A stretch of 64,000 nt of DNA from Tricharina praecox. Its lineage: Eukaryota. The stretch is taken from positions 186,001 through 250,000 of the forward strand of contig NW_026250421.1 of the NCBI RefSeq assembly GCF_024521635.1, read 5' to 3'. A model generated the notes under the pieces. The model was not told the origin of the DNA and did not search any database. It saw only the letters and a program-made list of their open reading frames with translations. Position 1 is the first letter of the stretch, and every line of letters begins with the position of its first letter. Positions 38,384 to 51,659 of this stretch are shown here, piece after piece. Made by a program: the position numbers and the translations under genes.

Positions 38384-38799
38384 TCACGCACCGGACCGAT
38401 TTGCTGTACGTTGTTTTACAATAGATGAAATGTCCGAGCGATCATAATGCAATACTAGCCATTGGCTGTCGTTTTCACGCGTGGGGAGGGAAGGTAATCC
38501 GGAGGCTAGACGGCATGCACACGATGGTGCTGGGAGGATCCGGTGTTGACAATTCGCATTGTGCCGGGTGATTTGAGCATGACACAGCTACTCTTGTTTT
38601 CGGCTTGACTCTAAAACTTCGTACTCCGCTGCAAGAATAGTGGCTGGCAGGCTTTATGGATTAATGCTCCGTCTTCGAAGTTGTGATGCTTTTTGCGAGT
38701 GCAAGAGCAGGCAATGGAATGCTCGCAATATGGCCTTGACTCCGCTGTCCTGATACAAATCGTACACCACTTCATGAGCCTGACCCTTTCGAACTACCA

Positions 38800-39784
38800 T
38801 CACTCCTTGGATTTCCGCCGATCCAGAGATTCGAGGCTCCCCCTCGCAAAGTCCCAAGCACCCAGGAAGATCGCTCCACCTATCGAGATCCAAATGACTC
38901 TCGGAGTGATTCCCTTGAACAGCGCTCCAGTTCCTTCCTCGGCAACGATGTTCTTGAAGGTCCATAAAGCCGATTGTTTCTATTGACGTGCATCATTGGC
39001 ATTGCGATTATTTCAATTGGAGTTTAAACATACCTGTTTTGCCAACATCAACCTCGTCTTGAGCACGTCCAGCGGCGTGGTGGCGGCAGCTGCGATAGCT
39101 CCCGACACGCTCCCAAAAACGGCACTCTCGGCGGGGTTTGCCTTCCTGCCTTTGGCCTCCCCTCTCCACTCTTTCATGGCCTCCCACAGTGGAAACTGAA
39201 TGACCGTGAACGGGATCTCCCTCATGATCGTGACACCCCAACCCCTGTAGAGCTCCTTCCAGACCATGACTGCCGAAGTATTGGCGGTGAAGATGTGTCG
39301 CAATGCCTGCCACGAGCTCGCGAACTGCGACGCCTGTGCTCGCTGCTTGATCACCTCCGTAGGGACTCTAACAGAGCATGCTGCGATCTCACCGATTGAT
39401 GCGGCAAGCATGTGGGTTACCGCGGCCGAGGATCCGGTTTTCTCGCCGTGACGGAGAGTCGTTTTGACGTGCTCGTAGGTGACAAAGAAGAGAGCTGCGC
39501 CCGGAGCCGAGCCTGCTATCACCGAGCCAACGCCTTTGTAGACTCCTGACCAACCGCCATTCTTGAAGAATCCTCCTGCTGATTGTAGCCGCGTCTTGAG
39601 GGTGTCGAGGGGGTACAATGACAGATCGACGGCGGTGCCGGCGAAGCCACCAGCCTGCCCCACTAATTTCAGAATCGTGCTCCGGCGGGCCGAGGCGGGG
39701 TAGACTTACAATCAGCGAGCGGACGTACGGCGAAGCAAGGATCGAAGCCGGCGACGAGCTGGCGGGGGCGGTCGAATAGTCCAT
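38800..39784 (-). CDS. PET8: Mitochondrial carrier, S-adenosylmethionine transporter type; 2 introns
   Basis: Three PxDxxKxR-type signatures ([30 protein letters not shown]), [39 protein letters not shown]. Confidence 0.92.
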
Positions 39785-40050
39785 CTCGAACAGGCGAGCA
39801 GGATATCGGTGGCAGTTCGGTTTCGTCACAATCTTTTTCTTCAACGGGTCCTGCTCGTGACTCGGTCCCGCTGCCATGCAGGGATCCCAGTTGACATTCG
39901 CTTCACCACCGCCGCACGGCTTGCCGAAGCCGGACCTAAAAAGTGACGACCCCGGTTTTTCGTATTTCAAACCCTTCTACCAAGCAATGAAATTCTCTGT
40001 GCGACGACGAAGACTACTACCTCTATCCCAGCAAGACGCCTCTCCGACGC

Positions 40051-41762
40051 ATGAGCTTTCGGAATCTCATTCAGCGATTCCTTCTGCCAACAGGGAAGCA
40101 CAATTGGCAGCAGCTGATGGTGGGAGATGAAGAGTTCCGGCGCCGCTTCTACCACCTGTGGAAATGCTATCCTCCAAGGATTGGTACCTCCCCCACCAAC
40201 ATTCGACCTTGCCTTTTCCTTTTTCCTCTTTACTTAACCAGCTAACAATGGCTTGCGTATGATAGGCATTGCTGTGAGCGGCGGCGTGGACTCCATGGCA
40301 CTCGCGTGGCTCACAAAATCGCTTGCGGAGGCCGAGAACATGAAGGTCCACGCCTTCATCGTCGACCACGGTGCACGACCGGAGAGCGCAGAGGAAGCAC
40401 AGAAAGTTGCCGAGATCATGGCCGGCTACAGCTTTCAGCCGCACGTACTTCAGCTATCGTGGGGACCAGAGGGACTCCCAACTGGTGGATTCGAGACGGC
40501 GGCACGGACGGCTCGGTACCAAGCGCTTGCGCAGGCATGCGTGGAGAATGAAGTACGACACGTGCTGCTCGGCCACCATTCGGACGATCTGGCGGAGACA
40601 GTGATGATGCGGATGATCTGCAGCAGTCGGGCGGAGGGTTTGCGGGGGATGAAGCACATCTCGCGGATGCCCGAGACTTGGGGGATTTATGGGGCGGACG
40701 AGATAGAGATCGGACGGCCGTTCCTGAGCGTGTCGAAGGTGACCGACCTTTGCTTCTTGGGGGAGTTTCTACGGTGGGCGAGGACAGCAGCAAACTGACA
40801 GCGCACGCAAGACGCGGCTAAAGTGCACCTGTAAGGTGGAGGGCGTTCGATGGTTCGAAGACCCTACCAACAACGACCCCTCGTATACCAGGCGCAATGC
40901 GATCAGGAAACTGCTGTCTACTATACCGCCACGACTACCGAAAGCATTGCAGAAGCCGGCATTGGTGGAGATGGCGCATCGGGTGGCTGCTCAGGACGCC
41001 GCTGTGACGAGGAAAGCGAGGGAGGTTCTGGCGCTGGATTGCGAAGTCAATGTCAACCAGAGTACTGGCACATTACAGATGATGCTGCCGCCTACCTATA
41101 CAGGTCTTGGGTTGGGACTGGGTCCGAATGATCCTGCTGGTGCTAGGATCATGCTCCGAGTGTTGACAGTAATCGCGGAACGAGTAACTCCCTTACGGAA
41201 GATCAAGCGGAAAAGCATGATCAACGTGCTCGCAAACATCTATGAGAGAAGCCCCCGGGAGCCCATACATTTTACAGCGGCTGGCTTGTCCTGGACGAGA
41301 GGAGCGAACAAGTTAATCTGGAGCCTGCGGCGGGTACCGCACACACATCGGGCTAGAGCGGAAGCCACAGTGGAGTTCGACACTGAGCCGCCGAATCAGT
41401 GGAGCGAGTGGAAGTTGTGGGATGGGCGGTGGTGGATACGCGTTCAGTCGCTGCGGAAGGAAATTAGAAAGGTGGTGGTGCGGCCACTGGCACCAGAAGA
41501 CATGAAGCAGTTGCGTGGTAGGGTCGAGCAGATCGGGATGCCGTGGATAATGGAGGAGTTGGCGAATATGGGGCCAAAAGCTCGGTTCACTGTTCCAGTC
41601 ATTGCAATCGAGGAACGTAGCCCTGACGACTGGGAGGTCATCGACGACTGGCTCCTGATCGGTCTGCCGTCTTTTGGCGTAGATCTGATGAATAGAAACG
41701 GGCCATATGTTAGTGATGGAAGGTTGGTGAGATGGAAGATATCATTCAGGAAGCCGATGTGA
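40051..41762 (+). CDS. tilS: tRNA(Ile)-lysidine synthetase-like PP-loop ATPase, probably mitochondrial; 2 introns
   Basis: AVSGGVDSMAL, VDHG.R.ES..EA, ETAARTARY, GHHSDDLAET, GLRGM, RPFL, WFEDPTN...RRNAIR. Confidence 0.88.
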
Positions 41763-42808
41763 ATCGGGTGGGGAGTGTGGGAGGGTAGGTCTCTCACGCC
41801 AAACATTTACACCAGAGCTTCAAATTGTACATAATACCCAGTACTTACTCGAGTACCTACATGCAAATATGGAGAGGCAGGGGAGGTTATCTTGTGATGT
41901 GGAGATGTACGATAGAGGGTAAAAGTTGGAAAGCATACCCGGTGTTTCTCGAGAATTGAAACTGCTAGGACATCTTCAACCGAGACATGAGGTGCCAGGC
42001 TAGATTCAACGAAAACATCATTGTGATGGTTTATTTCTCGTATGGTATCAATGGAACGTACTTTAGAGTAATCAAGGAAACCCTATTACAAGAGGGGTAA
42101 ATCTCAGGGCTCGTTTGGATACGCCCGGTTTTTCGAGAAAAAAAACTGAGCAAACAAAACTAAAACTGTACGGCTCCGGCGATGAAACGGGAACTGACCT
42201 CTGGTGACCATAGACTTCCCTTAGATGCGGGAAAGAGAAGAAGGCGGGGCTACAATGTGTACTATTAAAGTTCTGGTGAAGCCTATTATTCAGACTTATG
42301 GCTGAGCATAATAGTGCTGGAGTATCGTGACCAACGCATTGCTGCGACATAAAGTACACCGTGAACGCAAGTCTTAGACGAGTGGCTGATGTAGGTAGTT
42401 ATCCATTTACAGTGCACCATAGTAACTGAGTACTGAAACCTCACAGTAAACTCCCGGTATTCGTCTATCATGAAAGCTATCGCTACACACAGTAGATTTT
42501 ACCCTCCCTTGTTTACCCCACAGCTACAGAATTTAGGTAAGTACTTTCTATTCAGCCGCTTCTGGGAACTTTGAAACGATTGGCAATCACGTGTTGGGCT
42601 AGTCCCCGATTGACCTGCCAAGGCGCTATTGCTGCCACAGGGCGTGCCTCATCTTGCCCAAGCTCGCTTCGTCGCGCCAAATGACAAAGACACCTCCAAC
42701 TTCCTTCAACTCACTTAACCACCTCATACCACCACGCTTTCTGCAACACAAATATAATACGACCCCGTCGCCACCAGAACAACGCAAGTAAACCATCTAC
42801 ATCCATCA

Positions 42809-45800
42809 ATGTCATCGTCAGATCCAGTCAATCCCGACTTCGGCTCAGACGAAGAGGAAGATGGCGATCTTGACACCTCGCGCGACGTGAAGGAAGCCGA
42901 AGGTCAACCAGCCGCCACCGCCGCCGCGCCTGCGGATGAAGACGACGAAGAGGATGAAGATGACGAGGAAGACGAAGAGGACGATGAAGAGGACGACGAC
43001 GTGGTATGCGCGCCTAACTCGCTTTGCTTGTTGTCTATGGTGGTCTTGTCGGGCTCTGCTAATCGCGATTTATTTTCTGTATCTTACAGCCCCAGCGCAA
43101 GCGCCGTCGCAGATTGAACCACTTCTTCGATGACGAGGCCGAAGTAGACGACGATGAGGAAGAAGTCGACGAGGAGGAAGAAGAAGGCTTCATCGCCGAC
43201 GAAGAGCTTCCAGAGATCAACGACCACAGAGAGTACCGCGAAGAGCACCGACACCGCGACCTCGACCGTCAGCATGAACAGCAGCAAGCCGAGGACTTAG
43301 AGGCTATGGCCGAAGAATTGAGGAATCGCCACGGTCGATCTAAGAGAGGTCGTGGTCCTGACTCCGGACTCGTACCCCGTCGGCTGTTGCTGCCTTCCGT
43401 CCAGGATCCCAACATCTGGGGAGTCAAGTGTCGACCCGGAAAGGAGAGGGAGGTCATTTTCTCGATCGTCAAGAAGATGGAGGAACTGGAAGGAACCAAG
43501 CGCCCGATGCCCATCATTTCGGCTTTCGAACGAGAGGCAATGCAGGGATATATATATGTCGAGGCCTATAAGCAGAGCGACGTTCTGGAATCACTGACCG
43601 GTATTTCGAATGTCTACCCACGGTCTCCCATGATTCTTGTGCCGATCAAGGAAATGCCGGATCTACTGAACGTCATCAAGTCTGTGGAAATTATGCCTGG
43701 TGCGTGGGTTCGCTTTAAGCGTGGAAAGTACCAAGGTGATCTAGCCCAGGTCGAGAACGTTCTTGCGAACGGCCTCGAAGTTCGCATTCGCATGATGCCT
43801 AGGCTCGATTATGGCAACAACCTGGACAGAAATCGAGAAGACCCGAATCTGCCGCCTGGCCAGAAGAGGAAGCGAGTGGGTAATTTCAACAAGGCCAATA
43901 CCGTCGCTGGTAGACCGCCGCAGCGCCTCTTCTCCGAAGCCGAAGCCATAAAGAACCACGGGAAGCACCTGAGCAAAGGAACGACCTCTAATAATGGTCG
44001 CAAAAATTTCACGTACATGGGCGACGAGTATGAAGATGGTTACTTGGTCAAGGATGTTCGGCTCACCTTCATCACCACCGACGGCGTCAACCCGACACTT
44101 GAAGAAGTTACTAAGTTTGCTTCGACCATTGACGAGGGTGCAGAGACGCTTGATCTTAATGCTCTGGCGCAGTCTCTCAAGACCTCCGTCTCGACGTACC
44201 AGGTCGGTGATACTGTTGAGGTCTACGATGGTGAACAGCAGGGTATGATCGGAAAGGCTGTTAGTGTGCACGGGGACATCGTCACCATGGACGTTATCGA
44301 GGGCGACCTGAAGGGTAAGAGGTTGGAGGTTCCGTTCAAGGGCCTGAGGAAACGTTTCAGGGAGGGAGACCACGTCAAGGTGACTGGAGGCCGATTCCGC
44401 GACGAAACTGGTACGGTTGTTCGCATTCTCGAAGACAAGGTGACCTTGGTCAGTGGAGAAGAGAACATGGAAGAGATCACGGTTTTTTCCAAGGATCTCC
44501 GCGAGGCCAATGAAGGAGGAATGTCCACGTCGTCTAAATACGATTTACACGACCTCGTACAGATAGAGTGAGTCGCAATATCCTTTATATATATGCTGCA
44601 ACTAATAATGTGTAGTACATCGACCGTTGGGTGTGTCATCAAGGTGGAGAGAGCTTCTTTGCGAGTTCTCGATCAAAATGGCGACATGCGTGTTGTTATT
44701 CCATCACAGATCGCCGACAGGATCTCTCGTCGTAATGCGGTTGCCACCGACCGCAATGGCTCAGAGATCCGCCTCGGAGATACGGTTAAGGAGGTTGCCG
44801 GTAACACTCGCACGGGAGTGGTCTTGCACATCTATCGTTCATTTGTTTTCTTGCATAGCCGCGAGATCACCGAGAACCACGGCGTGTTTGTTTGTAGAGC
44901 GTCAAACGTGGCGACGATCGTTGCCAAGGGAGGTCGTGTTGATCAGGCCGCCGGGCCGGATCTTTCGAAGATGAATCCCGCGTTGTTGAGGAACGGAGCT
45001 AGTGGTGGTAGCATGATGCCCCCTCCGAAAGTGGGTGGTAGAGACAGAACGATTGGCCAGACCGTCACAGTTCGGCTCGGTCCCTACAAAGGCCTCATGG
45101 GAATCATCAAGGACGCCACGGACCATACCGCACGTGTGGAACTCCACACCAAAAACAAGACCATTACCATTGAGAAGATGAAGTTGGGCTTCAGAGAGTA
45201 TGTTACTATTTGAGCCCTTATTGTAGATGCTGGCTAATGTGAAATTTAGCTCCATCACTGGCTCGATCAAGAGCTACCAAGACTTTGCTCGTCCAGGTGG
45301 TCGTGGCGACGGTGGTGCTGGCAGTGGTGGTGGTGGATTCCGGACCCCAAGTGGTGCAAGCACACCTAGCTGGAACAGTGGAAGCAGAACCCCCCAGATC
45401 GATCATTCAGGTGGCAGAACTCCTGCTTGGATGGCTAGTGGCGGAAATCGGACACCCGCGTGGATGGCCAACAATGATGGAGGACGTACGCCCGCGTATG
45501 TGTCTGGTGGAAAGACTCCCGCTTGGGGTGGCGGTGATGGAAGCCGGTCGGTATACCAGGGCAACCGAACTCCTGCGTAAGTCTCGTCTGCTCCCCTCAA
45601 TCCTACTTTTTCCCCTAACAACGGTGATAGTTGGAACCCGTCGTCTCGAACCCCATACATTGCGGACTCGGAGCGCAGTGCCTGGGACGCCGGATCCAAG
45701 ACCCCTGGTCGACCTTCGGTCATCGATTCTTGGGCTCAAGAGTCCAGTAACTCCTCAAGCACCACAGCCCGCACCCCAGGTGCCTATGGAGCTGCGTCTC

Positions 45801-46012
45801 CAGAGTTCCTTGCTCCGTCGTTTTCGGCCCCAACTCCCGGAAACCCGCTGTCCGCGCCCACTCCAAGCGCACCCACCCCGGGCCCGATTTCGGCGCCAAC
45901 GCCCTCTGGTTGGGGAGCTGATACGGCCCCCACTCCAGGAGCTAGCGGCGGATATGGACGCGGCGGATTCCCAAGTACTCCTGGTACTTGGGAGATCGAC
46001 GACGAGGAGTAG
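42809..46012 (+). CDS. SPT5: Transcription elongation factor Spt5; 4 introns
   Basis: Acidic N-terminus, LLPSVQDPNIWGVKC (NGN), GYIYVEA, KOW motifs (GKYQGDLAQV, GPYKGLMG), C-terminal G(R/K)TPAW repeats. Confidence 0.97.
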
Positions 46013-46015
46013 GTA

Positions 46016-46079
46016 GTGTGTGTATGCGCGTGTGTGTGTTTGCTTGTGTGTGTGTTTGCTTGTGTGTGTGTGTTTGCCT
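46016..46079. repeat. Compound (TG)n microsatellite just after the SPT5 stop codon
   Basis: TG runs interrupted by TTTGCT units. Confidence 0.85.
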
Positions 46080-47652
46080 ATGCCCTGGGCTAGAATTGGG
46101 GCGCTTGTTTTCATATTCTTTTTTCTTACATTTTGTTCATTTTCGTGATTGTAAAGTTGGCGCATAATTTCCTACAACCAAAATTCTCTTCGATACGCGC
46201 ATGAGTCAACATAGTCGTTGGTTCCTATTTCTGCTGCCTGAATGACAAACACACATTGATTATTAACCAGTAAAAGCTTATGGTCTAATGAATATGCAGC
46301 CAGACGATGGGGAAGTATAATCATGAGAGGCATAAATCCAGTCCTCGCTGATGTTCGGTCACTTTCACTCTTACTCGGGAGTCAGAATTGGCTTGTCTGT
46401 GTCGTGAGACGGGAGGGTTGATGTGTTCTTGGTGACTTGCATCCACATCGTGCCATTTGATTGTAGATGCCAGTCAGCAATTTCTCTCTTCCACCCACTT
46501 TCCTTATCCTCCTAACAATATTCACCAGGCTAGAGAGGATTACGACTGATGAGCAGTGAATGAGTGGTTTCTAGAACGGGTTAGTTGATGCTGTTTGTAT
46601 AGAGACACATGAGCTCGATGGTGAGGTGGGGAGGAGATGGGGTATGATATCAGGGTTTCTAAGGGTCTGTGGGAGATAGAGAACTTGTAGACGCCAGGGA
46701 AGAAGGCTGTGAAGACTGGCGAAGATGTAAATGTGAAGAGGCAGAAATGGGCCGAGTGAATGCTCGTGGCTGTCAATTAAGGGCGAGTTTCAACTTGCAA
46801 ATACACGGTACGGGGACAATACGACGGGGTCAATGGGAAATAAAACGATAAAACACTCAAGGTGGCCATGAAGAAAAATCATACACCGGAGTTCGAATAC
46901 AGAGGGAATGGCATCTCTCCGATATCCCAATCCTATCTGACCTTGAGTTCCTGGTGGTGTTTTGATCACGCTCCATTGTGGACGTTAGACGACCGTTAAG
47001 GCCCATAGATGATAGCCATCCACATGGAAATCACTCGGGTAATCATCACAAACCCCTTGTCTCGGAACAAGCACCAGGGCAGAATGGCAGAGTACTACCA
47101 TTGAGGTTTCAGAACATCTAACAGTGAGATTTAAGAATGCTTGGGAACAGGCTTGCACTTCACCCGATATACAGTTGACAGTTTCTCCCAGCCGATGATC
47201 CGTCGTAGAATGACCTTCACTACCAAACACCCCAGGGTAATCTGTAGATTTTAAGGGTTGGGACCGTCGGGTGATGTAGCATGTATGTCTGTCCCCCTGT
47301 TGTGCCATGTATACGTAACTCCATTGACAAGCAACAGTGCCATAGCTATGGAATGACCTAGTCGGCTTCCGAAATGCATGAGGATCTACAGGTTGACCCC
47401 AGATCTCGGCAACACTATGCGGTACATATTCAACTACATATGTACGCACCGCAAATTATTAATATATCGGTGACGACAGCCGTTTGACGCGACGGATGGG
47501 ATGACTTATGTAATATCGACGGTTTGGAGTTGAGGTTCATATTATGGATCGTTTTTACCGGTGCGCTGAGAACGTTGGGACTTGGGAGTTAAATAGGCCC
47601 TCGAAGTCGCTGGATTTGGGTGTGTGCAGGAGTGATGGGCAAGTGTTGAAAT

Positions 47653-48590
47653 ATGTCGGTCATTTCGGTATTTGTGTTTCTCTCGCTGGCGGTGGGTATC
47701 GTGCGTGGTCATGGCTTCATCTCTGGTTTCTATATCGATGGGAAATAGTTGGACTTCTCCCTCCAACATTTACGGTTATTGGCGACTGGATTGCTAATGT
47801 TGAGTTCAAACAGCTATCCAGGCTTCAGTCCTTACTTTGACATCGTTGGAAACGAAACAGTACTCCCTCCGTCCCGGATCGCGTACTCGATCGCCGACAA
47901 CTGGCCAGTCTACGATGTTCTCTCCTCCAACATAACCTGCAGCTTCAATCCCCTGCCAGATCCACCATCACTGGTAGCCCCGGCACGTCCGGGCTCGGAC
48001 GTATGTAACACCCCCTCGTTCCTTCCTCCCGCTATGTATACTCGTGCACATTCTCACACACACCGGCAGGTAACAATGATCTACACCGAATGGCCGAACA
48101 ACCACTTCGGCACGATCCAAACCTACATGGCCTCGTGCGGGACGTCGTGCACGTCTCCCACCTTCAACGTTAGCATAGCGCCGTTCTTCAAGATCGCCGA
48201 AGACGGTCTTCGCAGCGACGGCACCTGGGCCTCTGACGAGTTCCTAGCCAACAACAGCACGTGGACCTTCAAAGTGCCCACAGACCTGAAGGACGGCTAC
48301 TACGTCGTGCGGCACGAGATGATCAGCCTCCACGCGGTGGAAAAGTACGGCGCGGAGCTGTATCCGCAGTGCTTTCAGATCCAGATCGTCGGAGGGACTG
48401 GTACGCGCGAACCGGACGGAGTCAGGTTCCCTGGTGCCTACGCCCAGAAGGATCCGGGCTTGACGTACAATAGGACGACGGATGCGGGGACGCCGTATGT
48501 GAGTTGTGTTTTCCAGGGCCTCTCGCCGGGAATTATGCTGATGTGGGGTAGGTTTTTCCGGGGCCGTCGTTATATAATGCCCCCAGCTGA
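47653..48590 (+). CDS. Secreted AA9 lytic polysaccharide monooxygenase, catalytic domain only; 3 introns
   Basis: Signal peptide MSVISVFVFLSLAVGIVRG|HG, WPNNHFG..QTYMASC, FFKIAEDG, GTWASD, YVVRHEMISLH..GAELYPQC, FPGAY..DPG, spliced VFPGP. Confidence 0.9.
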
Positions 48591-51500
48591 TGGGGCAATC
48601 GTGGAGGAAATGCTCGGCACGGACTTGCTGCGCATGTTCACCGAGAAGCTCGTAATGTCACATAGCTGTGTCGCTACATATTTGAGCACTCCAAATTCTC
48701 CATTCATCGATAAGATGGATTGTTTGTAAATTCATGTGAAATACATACCTAGTATTGGTTCATAGATCAATACAGAAGGGAAACCCTTCCACCATACACA
48801 TGACCGTCATGGAAAATCACACGGCCTGTTCGGTGTTCACTATTGTATGGAAACTCACGATACCAACAATAGCATGCCAAATTCTCCGACCTCATCAAAA
48901 GCATATATACCCGGTGACTTTTGCACACGTACGTAATCTCTTTATTCCCGACAGCCACTGATCGTAAGTATGCACATATATACGCATTCCGCTCCCGCGG
49001 CCTTCCTCAAGCACCTCCCGTGCCGCATCCGGCTCCGGCTCCGGCTCCGGCGGGATCGGAGGGGGTTCGTGGGGACTCTGGGAGGGGCCGGGGCGCCGCC
49101 TCGCAGGCCCGAGAGCCCGGATCGGCGGACGACCCTACTATATATGTGTATTACCGTTGATCCTGGGTCGCTGACGGCCAGTGAATCGGGATACCTACGG
49201 TCCGGCTGGATTTTCAGCATTTGCTGGAGGCAGGATAATAAACCAACGTACCGGTCTTTGCTCTAGGTACTAGAGGGGAGCGAGAAGCTTTGAGCTGGGA
49301 ATTTGGAGGTTGGACTGTTTTGAGATTGCTGCCACTTCATAATTGAATTCAACTCCAAAAGGAGAATACATAGGAGAGAGCTCGATGTGCAAGCGGTATG
49401 TAATTAGCAAGTTTCCCCAACTCCCTCACCGGAAGGGGAGAGAGTGGAGACCCTCGATTCAACCAGCCGGCTATCCAAGTGGCGAGTGTATGTATCCTTT
49501 GAGCGTCTTCTCGAGTGAGCCTGCCTACTTTTTCCATACATGTAGATGTAGCCACGTTGCAACGAGTGATGTGCGTGTGCCGATTCTTAGTCCCTATCAT
49601 GTTGCGTCACTCGACGGAATTCCGTGTGCGGCCTTCTTCCATCGGATTTGCATCTAATGTATAGCCATGATCTAACTACGTCGCATGCAACTAATTAATG
49701 ATTAAACGAAAACAAATGATTTGCATCTGATGTTCTTTTTGTTCGCTTAGTGACGACCCTATGTGCAAGCGATGAGTTGGAAGCTGTGGGCGGGGGGAGA
49801 TCGATTGGATGCAAGTAGCAAGGGTTTTAAGGTATCTAAGGACTTACTTCTTACATACTCCATTCCAACAGTTGATACACAGCGTTTACGCATGATCTAA
49901 GAGCATATACACACACATATGGCGGCCAGACTTCTCAACCTCCGACCTTGCACGGTGCACCATCAACCTACATACCGCTGAAGTCTGCAATCGAGTCTCG
50001 ACTCCACAATCGCAGTCAACGCAGTCACACAGTTGTCGATCGCGGCCTTAGAGCTCCGAGCGGCCGGTCGTCGAGGGGTTGAGGGACCCGACGAAAAGCC
50101 GATTAGTCTCTACTAGTACTTCCTGTGGGGCATGGTGGGGGTGTTCTCGATCCGTCTGGCCGGAACCAGGACTCGTGCTGAACTTCCCGTCTTGGACATC
50201 ACTCTCTCTCTCGAGTTTCGTCGAACTAGACGGATCGAAGGCCGGTCTCATCCGTTGCAAACGCTTCGGCCGCAAGGAACTATCCTCTACATACATTCGA
50301 CCTACCGGTCTCCAGAGAGCTTCCCTCGGGTCTGTAGGCGATGTATCGAGGCGGATGTAACTATGCAGTTACTCAACAAGATATCGGGATCCACGGCAAT
50401 AATTTTTACATCGAGCATCTAACCACCTATTCCTTGCGGCGTTGAAATAATCTCTGCGTCTCCATGATTCGGCACAGGCTTGCTGTGAAGGTGAGCCAGC
50501 ACGCAGGTGCAGATTTTAACCTTGGGCTAACGACAGGATTTTCGACAGGCCTAGTTCTACTAGTACATGGGGAGGCGAAAGATGGCGCACATCTCTGGCT
50601 CCGATAGCCACTCTACCGAATCACGACATCGAAATGGCTCGAACACTGCGGTCGAACCAACGACGCTGCCTACGATACATAGCGGCCGACTTACACGGTC
50701 ACGTTCATCAGACCCAAATGCCCTGCAGCCGGCCGTCGATGTCCCGCGTACCTGCTCCAGTTGCCCTAGGCGTGCGTCGACACGGTCCACTTACTGGAGC
50801 AAGCAGCTTCCGACTGCCCACAAATGGCATGTGCAGCACTGTCGGCTACCTACCTGTGTACTGGCCACGTCACGAACATAACGGCTTGCAATAGGTACTA
50901 CTTACACATGTGTCTACCCACGATAACGACGACGCATCTCGGCCTCGGAAACGGATCATCTTCCCAGAACCAACTACCGATATTGTCGGTGAAAAGTTGC
51001 ACAAGTACGCACGACAATCGGAAGTCTGAATGCTTCGCTGCAAGGGCACAGCTACCTATCAGCAAATACCCATACCTATCCCTACACAGAGTACATTCAT
51101 CGCTCGGTTGTGGCTGTACGTAACTGAAGTGCGGATAGTGAAGATACATACATCTCGACTCTAGATAAAGAATATGAGATGCCTCTGAGACAGCACCTCG
51201 GCAGCCTAGTAATACTAGTATACATGATTGGTCGCTTCAACTACACTCAAATCCACCACTAGTTACTGCTGGTCCCCAATCCTCTAGCAGCCGGGACAGC
51301 GGACGATCACGGTCACTGATTGATGCTGCGGGACACCGTTTTTTTCTCCGTGCATGCGTTGTGGCGAATAACACCGTACCGTCGACCGATGCTCGTCGAA
51401 TGGAAGCCCTAAGCGTCAATCCGTACACGCTATCTGTAGATATCCAAGGGCCGTCCCGGTGTCATGTGGGCACAACACAAAGGACTCGCGCGAACTTCCT

Positions 51501-51659
51501 TTCCTTAAAGCTGTCGCAATCGTCCTGACTTTCACGACCTTCTTTTCCGTGTAAGCCCGGTACCCGGATAGATAGTTCATATCCTCCGCACCCCCCCCCC
51601 CCGCAGCTCTGCTATCATCAATCACACCTTGTGGAGAAGAGACCGCACCATAGTCCATC

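Noticed and set aside
46985..47449. 154-aa minus-strand ORF
   Set aside because: Non-ATG start, no recognisable motifs or codon bias; probably spurious.
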